Source: a virus
Reading direction: 5' to 3' (one strand)
IMG/VR virus record: IMGVR_UViG_3300030202_003282
Location: 32,001-96,000 of that record
Length of the DNA: 64,000 bases
The notes beneath the pieces are model-generated. The model saw only the letters and a program-made list of their open reading frames with translations. It was not told the origin of the DNA and made no database searches. A program made the translations under genes and the position numbers. This document shows, in pieces, positions 13,201-22,200 of the stretch (positions are counted from its first letter, which is position 1; each line of letters begins with the position of its first letter).

Positions 13201-16200
13201 TAATACAAGCTTTAAAAGTTAAAGAAAATATTACTGATACACCAGTAGAAGAAACAGAAGAACCAGGTGGTAGTATAGATCTAAAAGATTTACAAAATCA
13301 AGATCCAACTATAAAATTAATTGATGATTTAACTGATGAAGAATTTAATGAAAGTAGAGAATTAGGATTTGAAGATATTAGTAATGAACAATTACAAGCT
13401 ATTGCTGATAAAGATCAAAACAAACTTTCTTCAAAAGAATCATTAGTTATTAAAGTATTAGATAGTAGATATCAACCAATGATAGCTGCTAAAGCTGTGG
13501 AAATGAGTACAGCTGCAAATAAAAGAACTGAGCTTCAAAATAAAAGAAAGGAAGTTATTGATGAAATAAAGCTTATCAAAGCAGAAAATAGAACTGCTGC
13601 AGGAGAATTATATCCTGAAGATAATGTTAAGATGAATAAAGAAAGAATGGCTCTTAACGAAAAATCTAAAAGGCTTAAAGCTTTAGAAAAAGAACAAAAA
13701 TCTATAGAAAGTCAATTAGCTAAAGGAGCTCTTAAAGTTGTTAGTGAATCAGCAGAGGTAAATAATCCTGAAGATTTAGATGTATTTATTGAATGGGTTC
13801 AAACTGTATTGCCAGACTTTGTAACTATTGGGGATATTAATACATTAAGAGAGCGTATAATAACAAATGGTTATACTGTAGGTGCATTTGTAATGAATTT
13901 AAAACAAATGTCAGGAGGTATAGATATTAACGGTACAATATTTACTGGAGAAAATATGCCTTCTAGATATCATGAAGCATTTCATGCAGTATTTAGAATG
14001 TTGCTTACAGAAGAAGAACAAAAAGTTTATTATGATATAGCAGCAAAAGAGGTTAGAGAAAAACTTAGAAAAGAAGGTAAAGTATTTAATGAGGAGTTAC
14101 AAAAACTTAAAAACTCATCAGTTATATATTCTAACTTATCTACTGAACAATTAAAGAAAGAATACTATGAAGAGTATATGGCGGATGAATTTGAAAAATT
14201 TAAAAAAGATCCAAAAAGTACTAAGACTAATTCTTTAATTAAATCATTATTTAACAGATTTGTTGAATGGATTAAAAGCATACTTGGAAATAAAAACAGA
14301 ACTGAACTAACAAGTTTCTTTAAAGCTATTAATGAAGGAAAATATAAAAATGCAACTATTCAAAACAATGCATTTACAGACAAGCCGTCATTAATGAATG
14401 GAGCTAATATTGCATTAGCACAAATTCCAATTGATTTTGTTGAGTATGAAACTTATAATCCATTTACAAAACAAGATGAAACTCAGTTTCAAACTGTATA
14501 TATGCCATCAAGAGATGTAGATAAAATACTGCATAGTATGGCAGCAATATATCTCAATAGAAAGATGAATGCTACTGGGGTTTGGATAGGTGCTGATCAG
14601 TTAGAAGATGTAATGGATCAATTTGCACTTATGTTTAATCCAGAGTCAGAAACTAATTTAATGAAGCCTGATTTAGATCAAATGGAAGATCAATTAGCAT
14701 TGTATAATGAAGCATTTGAGAATTCAATTACTAGAATGGAAATAAGAAATGCTGTAGAAAAAGTATTAAGTTTAGCTGATATTCAAATATCAGAAGAGGA
14801 AGAAATTATTGATGCCCAAGAAGAAACAAACGGTTTAAGAGATACTTCTCAATGGGATCTAGATGCAAGTATGATAGGAGGTTATTCATCATTAGCTTCT
14901 AGTTTAAGACAGTTTATAATGACAACTGCTGTTGAGACTTCTGATTCTTTTGGAAACACTGAATTACCTTCTGGAGAAAAACTTATTGTGCCTGTAAATT
15001 TTGTTGAAGCATATAATTTATTATTAAAAGCATCTGCTAATAGAACTAGTTCACAAGATGTATTAAAAGCCATGAATGCATTTACATTAAATGGCAATCA
15101 TGAAGGTGCTGCAGTAGTTGATAGAATTTTTACAGAAATAGGAATATCTAGAGATGATGTTTTAGCAGGAGATTTTGATAATGTTAAAAATCCATATTTT
15201 TATACATCAGTAATAAAAGCGTTTGATCAAGTTAGATTAGATTATATTTTTGTACATAGAGATGAAGACGGGAATGTATTATTATATGATGCTGCTTCTA
15301 GAGATGATGCTAAATCTCAGTTTAATCATTGGAATGATGCATATGATATGCAATTTGATAAACTAAGATTTGATTCAAAATTAAGAGAAGAAATCATAGA
15401 AAAACTAAGAGAACTACAAACTGAATACTTTGGAGAAAGTATGGCATCTCTTGATGGAAAAGCGGCTGATACTTTAATACAAGATTCTGAAGAATATTCT
15501 AATTTTATTCAAGATAAGTTAGGTATTTCACTTAGTCCCACATATATACAATATAGTATTCTTGATAATGTAGTAACTAAAAATGAAAGTCAACAAGCAT
15601 TGATGGATGTTTATACTGCTGAAGTATTAGATTTTGAAGATCTAGAACAAATGATGCTTCATTTAAGCCTTAATCAAAATCTTTTTGTACAAGAAGAAGG
15701 TGAAGGTATAAGAGGACGTTTAGAAAAATTAGCAAGAGGTAATGCAGCATTTGATGAAAGAATTGGTGCATCTGTTTTTAGAAATCCAAATGGAGATTTA
15801 GTTTATGCACATCAGTTACCTACAATGCATACGGTTAAAATTAATGAGTTAAATGATATAAATAACTTAGAAGATTTAAAAGATGGTGCATATTTAGAAA
15901 GAAATGCTTTATTAAATGATCCATATTTTTATCAATTAGCTACTGAAAAAAGAATAAAAGTTTTAAGAATAGCAGGTAGTAAAGAAGGAGGAACAATAGA
16001 TGAAGATACTTTAGTTGAAACAAGTGGTATGTCAAATGATGTTTCTGGTGTTACATATGGTGATTCAACTCCACAAGAATTTATAGTTGATTTAATAAAT
16101 GTGTATACTTATTTTTATAACACTAATAAAAAAGAAGTTGAAGGTGTTTCAATAGGTGATGATATTCCTAGAGCATTAGCTCCATCTTTAATAAGAGTTA

Positions 16201-19200
16201 TTGAAGCAAGTAATCAAGGTGATTTTATTGGACTACCTGTAATTAAATCTGTAGTTAAAAATGAAGATGGTGAAACAGCTATTAGTGAAGAAGCATTAAA
16301 TAAATTTGTAAATGAATTAGAAAACGAATATAATAGAATTAAACGTGAGTCAAATACAGATACAGCAACTGAGGATCTTATAGTAGGATATAATGCCCGT
16401 GAAGCAAATGGTACAATTATACCGGATGAATCAGGTAGAGCATTTAAATTATCTAATACCGGAAATTTAGTTTCACCTAAAAAAGCTAGAAGTATAGATA
16501 GAAGTAGATCTGTAGATGAAATATATGTAGCTCCAGAACAAGCAGAGTTATTATATGATGAAAAAAATCCAACCAATTTAATAATTAGAACACCAGCTAC
16601 TGCAATTAAATTAGGAATACGTAATGGAGAAACTGCTACAGTTGACATAACTAAAAAAGGTAATAAAAAAACACAAGATGAAATAGAAAAATTTACATTA
16701 AGAAGTAGAGGTAAAATAACAGTTGATGAAACTAATATTGATTCTATTATTAAAGCATTTGGAAGTTCTGTAAGTACTACAGAAGTAAAAGATTGGTTTG
16801 ATTTAAAAATAGGTGATAAAAAATGGTGGGTTCAAAACTATAAAATTTTACAATTTTTACAAGGTAAGAAAGCAATGGTTGCTTATGATATTACTAAGGG
16901 AGAAACAGCACCGGTTGATACTCAATCAACACAACCAACTAGTGATGTTGAAACTTATAAAGGTCTTGTTGATATCAAAAACTTAAAAGATAATGAAGAT
17001 ACTGCATTTGGATCTAATCAATTTGGATTTCATGGTGGTGGTACGGCAGGAATACTTTATGCAAATGATCCAAGAGCTTACAAAAAACAAGAGATTGAAG
17101 GCAAAGGTCTTAGAGTAGAAGTAGGTAAAGCTAGAGGATTTCAAACGGGTATAGAAGGTTCATCTTATGCATTACAAACTGTAACTGATTGGAAACTTAA
17201 AATGAATGATCCTAAAAGACAAGTTTCTAAATCTGAAATTACAAGTCAGATAAAAGACATGTATGATTACTATAGAAAAAACTCTGATAGAAAAGTATAT
17301 GTACTTTATACAACAGGTGGTAAAAACTTAAACGGGTATAGTTCTTTAGAGATGGCAAAAATGTTTGCATCTGCAGGTCCAATACCGTCTAATGTTGTTT
17401 TCAATGAAGACTTAATAGCTTTAGTAGACACCGCTTCTCAACCAATAGAACAAACTAGTGAGGTTGAAGCAGAAGAAGGTAGTGAAGCAATTCAACAAAC
17501 TAAATTATCAGAATCTCAGATTTTTGAAGATTTAAAAACTAAATTAGAAGAAAAAGCTAAAGCAGGAAGATCATTTAAACAAGCTCTTAATGAAATACCA
17601 GGTATTGATCAAAATATACTTAAGAGTTTAATGGAAGAAAGATTGATGGAGGAGTTTCAAGATTTTAGAATTACACTAGATGAAATTAATGCAACTAATT
17701 CTATATCCTCTAAGATTTTAGATGGCTTCTTTAATGAGAATAATAAAGTTGGACCTCTTGAAAATGATGCAATGAATGCATTAAATTTAAGAACAGAAGA
17801 CCCTGATTTTAACTTAATGCAAATTTATTTTAATGATTGGCTTAATTCAAAATCCTTTAATGATGTTATATTAGGAGATCAAGCAATGTCATTAAAAGAT
17901 GCTGTAGAAAAAATTAAAAGAGCTAAAGCTAATAATGCAGCTGGATATAGTGCACAAACAGATATATATAATGAAGATATAGATATACTACATCCTGTTG
18001 AAAATATTTCTTTGTTTACTATAACAGATCCTAAATACAAACAATTGTTTGATTTTGGAAAAGAAGGAGAAGGAGATAAAGCTGATGCTCAGATGTGGAT
18101 GACAATTAAAGCATTTCAATATATGTGGTTTGGTTTTGGTAAATTAAATGCAAAACAAAATGCCATTATACAAAAATTAAAGAAAGGTGAAAAATTAACT
18201 TCTGAAGATATATTTGGTAATCCAGAAACAGGAGCTGAAGGTTTAAAATCATTTAATGCATTTATAAATTCTAAAAAACTAGTATATGCAGATGGAAATA
18301 CTTTCTTAAAAATGTCAGCATTTGTTCTTACTAAACAATTAACATCTAGAAAAAATTCACAAGGACAGTGGGTTGCTAAAGAAAATAGAAAAGAGCTGCA
18401 TAGTCTTAGAGAAAACTTAGAATCTTTTGAAGAAAGAGAATGGAATGAAAATGGTAATGGAACATTAGCAATTGCTACACCAATGTCAGCTAGCAAAATG
18501 TTTAAGTCAAGTGTACTTAATGAAGAAAAGTTATTTTCAAGTTCAGAAAATTTAGCTGTAGATCAATCTACAACACTTAGTGCAAAATGGATGAGACTTC
18601 AAATGATAAATCCATCTGGTAAAGTAACTATTACTGATCCTACACAAATGAAAAGTTTAGTTACTAGTGAACAAAATGATGCAACAGAAGTTTGGATTAA
18701 TGGTGAAAAAACTGATTTAGGAACTATAAGAAAAGCTTATCAAAAATCTACTTCAAATAGAGCTCAGTTAAAATTTATTAATCAAAGAAATTTATTACTT
18801 GATTTTAATGTAGAAACTGCAATGCGGGAATTAGAAACAAGTAAAATAGAAGGAGATTTTACAGTAGATTTACATTCATTTTTAGAATATGCAATAGAAG
18901 GATTAGAATCTTCTCAATCATCTGCAAGTATAATAGAGTATTTTAGACAAGATGCGGATGGACAATCAAGAAATTTAAATAACCCTATTACAATAAATAA
19001 ATTTGAACAATTATTTTTATCATATTTTAGTAAGCAAGTATTTAGAGAAAAAATTCCAGGACATAAAGTTTCTTTACTTTCTGGAAAGGGATTTAAAGTA
19101 TATAGAAAAGTATTAAGTGTTGATGAAAATGGTCAACCAGAAAGATCTGAAATAATAAGAGATGATCAATGGGAAGCAATGTCTGAAAATGAAAGACCAG

Positions 19201-22200
19201 CTCTTTTTAAAACAGAATATGATGATGTAAAAAATAAAACTTTTGTAGGATTAGAGCAAGCATTAAAAAGTAATATAAAAGGTGGAGTTGTTGTTTTAGA
19301 TGAACTTAAATTTAATGTAAAAGAGTTTGATGAAAATGGTAATGAAACTGGACAAAGATATGCTGAATATATAATGCCTCCTCATTTTAAATCAATAATG
19401 GATAAAATTATTGCAACAGGTGGAGAAACAATTACAGCTTCTGAAATTCAAAAGAAATGGAAAACTTGGGCTAATACAAAATCTTATTCTCCTAAAGCTG
19501 ATGATTATATAGTAAGATCAAAAATAGAAGGATTTGATGCAAATAGATCTAAAAAAGAATATGCTGTTGCATTTGGTTATGCAACAACAACAAACAAAAA
19601 AGGAGACATTGTATTTTTATCAAAAAATGGTAAAGGTCTTGCTAATATTCCAGAAACTGTTGCTAAAGCATTTGGTGTACGTATTCCATCACAAGATATG
19701 CATTCATCTATTAATTTAAAATTAGTTGATTTTATGCCTGCATATTATGGTTCAACTGCTGTATTTCCGGATTCATTAATTGAAGTATCTGGTGCGGATT
19801 TTGATATTGATGCTCTATACATGCAGATAAAAGACTTTTATGAAGATGGGAATTCTTTTAAATCTTACGGTAGTGCAACTACTAAAATAGGAAAGTATAG
19901 AGAATATATTGACTATCAAATGAAAGATGCTTATAAAGGAGGATCTTCATTAGATGCAGCAAGAAAAAAATATTTAGCAAAAGGAGTTAACCGTAATACT
20001 TCATTAACGGATAAACAAAAAGCTAAAGCTAAAGAAGAAGGTTTGAGTGATGATGTTATAGGAGCATTAATGGTGTTAGGATTACCTATAACTCAAAAAC
20101 AATATGAAACTTATAAAGCAGAGCGTTCTTATACAGTTGGAAAAGGAGAAAATAAAATAGAGTTTGAACAAGAACCATATGCAGCTCCTATAAATAATGA
20201 TGTGTTAGATCAAAAATTTGCATTGTTAGGAAATGAAGCAATGACACTTACAAAAGATGGAAGACAAGTTCCTATTGCATATGAATCAGCTGTATTAGAT
20301 CCATTACTAGAAGAATGGGATTGGATTCAAGAAAACTTACCAGAATTAGCAGAATTAACACAAGAAGATGATGTAGATGTAGATAATTTAAGCGGTAAAT
20401 TAAAAGCATGGACAAACAATAAAGAAGGTGCAAGAGGAATTGGTGCTGCAGTATTACCAAATGTTATTCTTAATTTACTTAAAGAAGCCCGTGTAAAATA
20501 TAGAAGTATTAAAGTTGATGGTAGAGAAACATATCCTCAAATAAGATATAATGGAGTAACCTTTAATGAATTTGGTACAGAAATAGAAATTGATCCAATA
20601 ACTAAAAAAGAAAAGGTTGGTGGAGAAAGAACTCAATTTGTTATATCTGCACTTATTACAGCAATGACTGATAATGCTAAAGAAAGATTAGCTGCAAAAT
20701 TAGGATTAAACAAAGATGCATTAGCAACTGTTGTTAATCTTACTGCATTAGGTGTTCCAATAAGAACATCAATTTTATTAATTAATAACCCAATGATAAA
20801 AAGATTTTATTGGGAAAATTCAAATAAAGAAAATCCAGAAGATGCTGGAATTTTTAAAAGAGTTAAAGATATGTTAACTGGACCTGGCGGATTAGAAGAC
20901 GTGTATTTAAGTTTATATGGAAAAGATCTTGCTACTGATGCTAAACTAGAAGTAACTGATGCAAAGTTATCAGAAGCAATTAAAGAAATGAATGACTTTA
21001 ATTCAGATGAAAGAAAGTCAGGTACTATGTTTAGTTCAAAAAACGCTGAATCAAGAAGGTATAGTAAATCAATGTTTCAAAGAGATTATAAAATTTTAAA
21101 ACAATGGCAAAGTGCTCATAGACTTAAAAAGTTTACAGGTGAGCTTCAAAGTGTAGTTAATCTTGCAAAAACATTAGGTCAAAACTTTCAAAATGTTCAA
21201 GATAGAAATAATGCTGTTGAAAATTTAGGATTGTTTTATGAAGGACCGTATTCTTCTTTAACAATGTCAAATATAACTAATGAACCAATTGGTTTACCAT
21301 TAGAAAATGGATGGCAAAAAATATTTAAAGGTGATGATCAAACATTCCATGGAAACAATCTTAATATGGATAGACAATTGCAAGATCTTTTACCTAAAAT
21401 CTTTTTATCTAAAACTGAAAAATTCCAAGATATATTAAATGTTACACTTAGTAATATGAATCAAAGAGTTTTACAAGATAGATATAAGGGTTCAAAATTA
21501 TATGATAAAATAAGTACAGATCTTATTTCATATGTAACAATTAAAGCTTATATCCAAGGACTAAGAAAAGCGGGTAAACCTGTAAGTTTATCATCATTGA
21601 ATAATGGGCTTATCTATAAAGAGAATGGAAGCCCGGTTCAAATAGATGATGTAATAAATAGACTTAGAAAGGTATATGAAGGTAAAGAAAATTATTTTTT
21701 AAATAGATTTATTTTTAATGATTCACAATATAAACCTACAAATACTACTGGTATTAATCAGTTAAAATCTACTACCTGGACAAAAGTATCACCAGCACAA
21801 GTAGAAAAAATTCAAAATGGATTTGCAGATATATTTAGTAATATAGATACTAGATCAGATGCAATACATATAGCTCATTATTTAATGGTTAAAGATGGAT
21901 TGCAGTTTAAAAGCGGAAGTATTTTATCAGCAATGGCTCCTTTTATTTATGATCTTTATTTAGATTATGTTGATATAGCACATGAAGCATTTCAAACAGA
22001 AGAAGATAATAAAGCATTTGCAGATATATTTGGTATGAGCCATAAAGAAATGATAGGAGACTTTACATTAGGTTATCTTAAAGCTAACCCAATAAACTGG
22101 ATGTTAAATACTGTTGGTAATAGTGGAAGAAAAAATGGAAGAAATATAGGTGTATATGCACCAGGTGAAAACAAATATCAAATTGGATCATTTAAAATTG

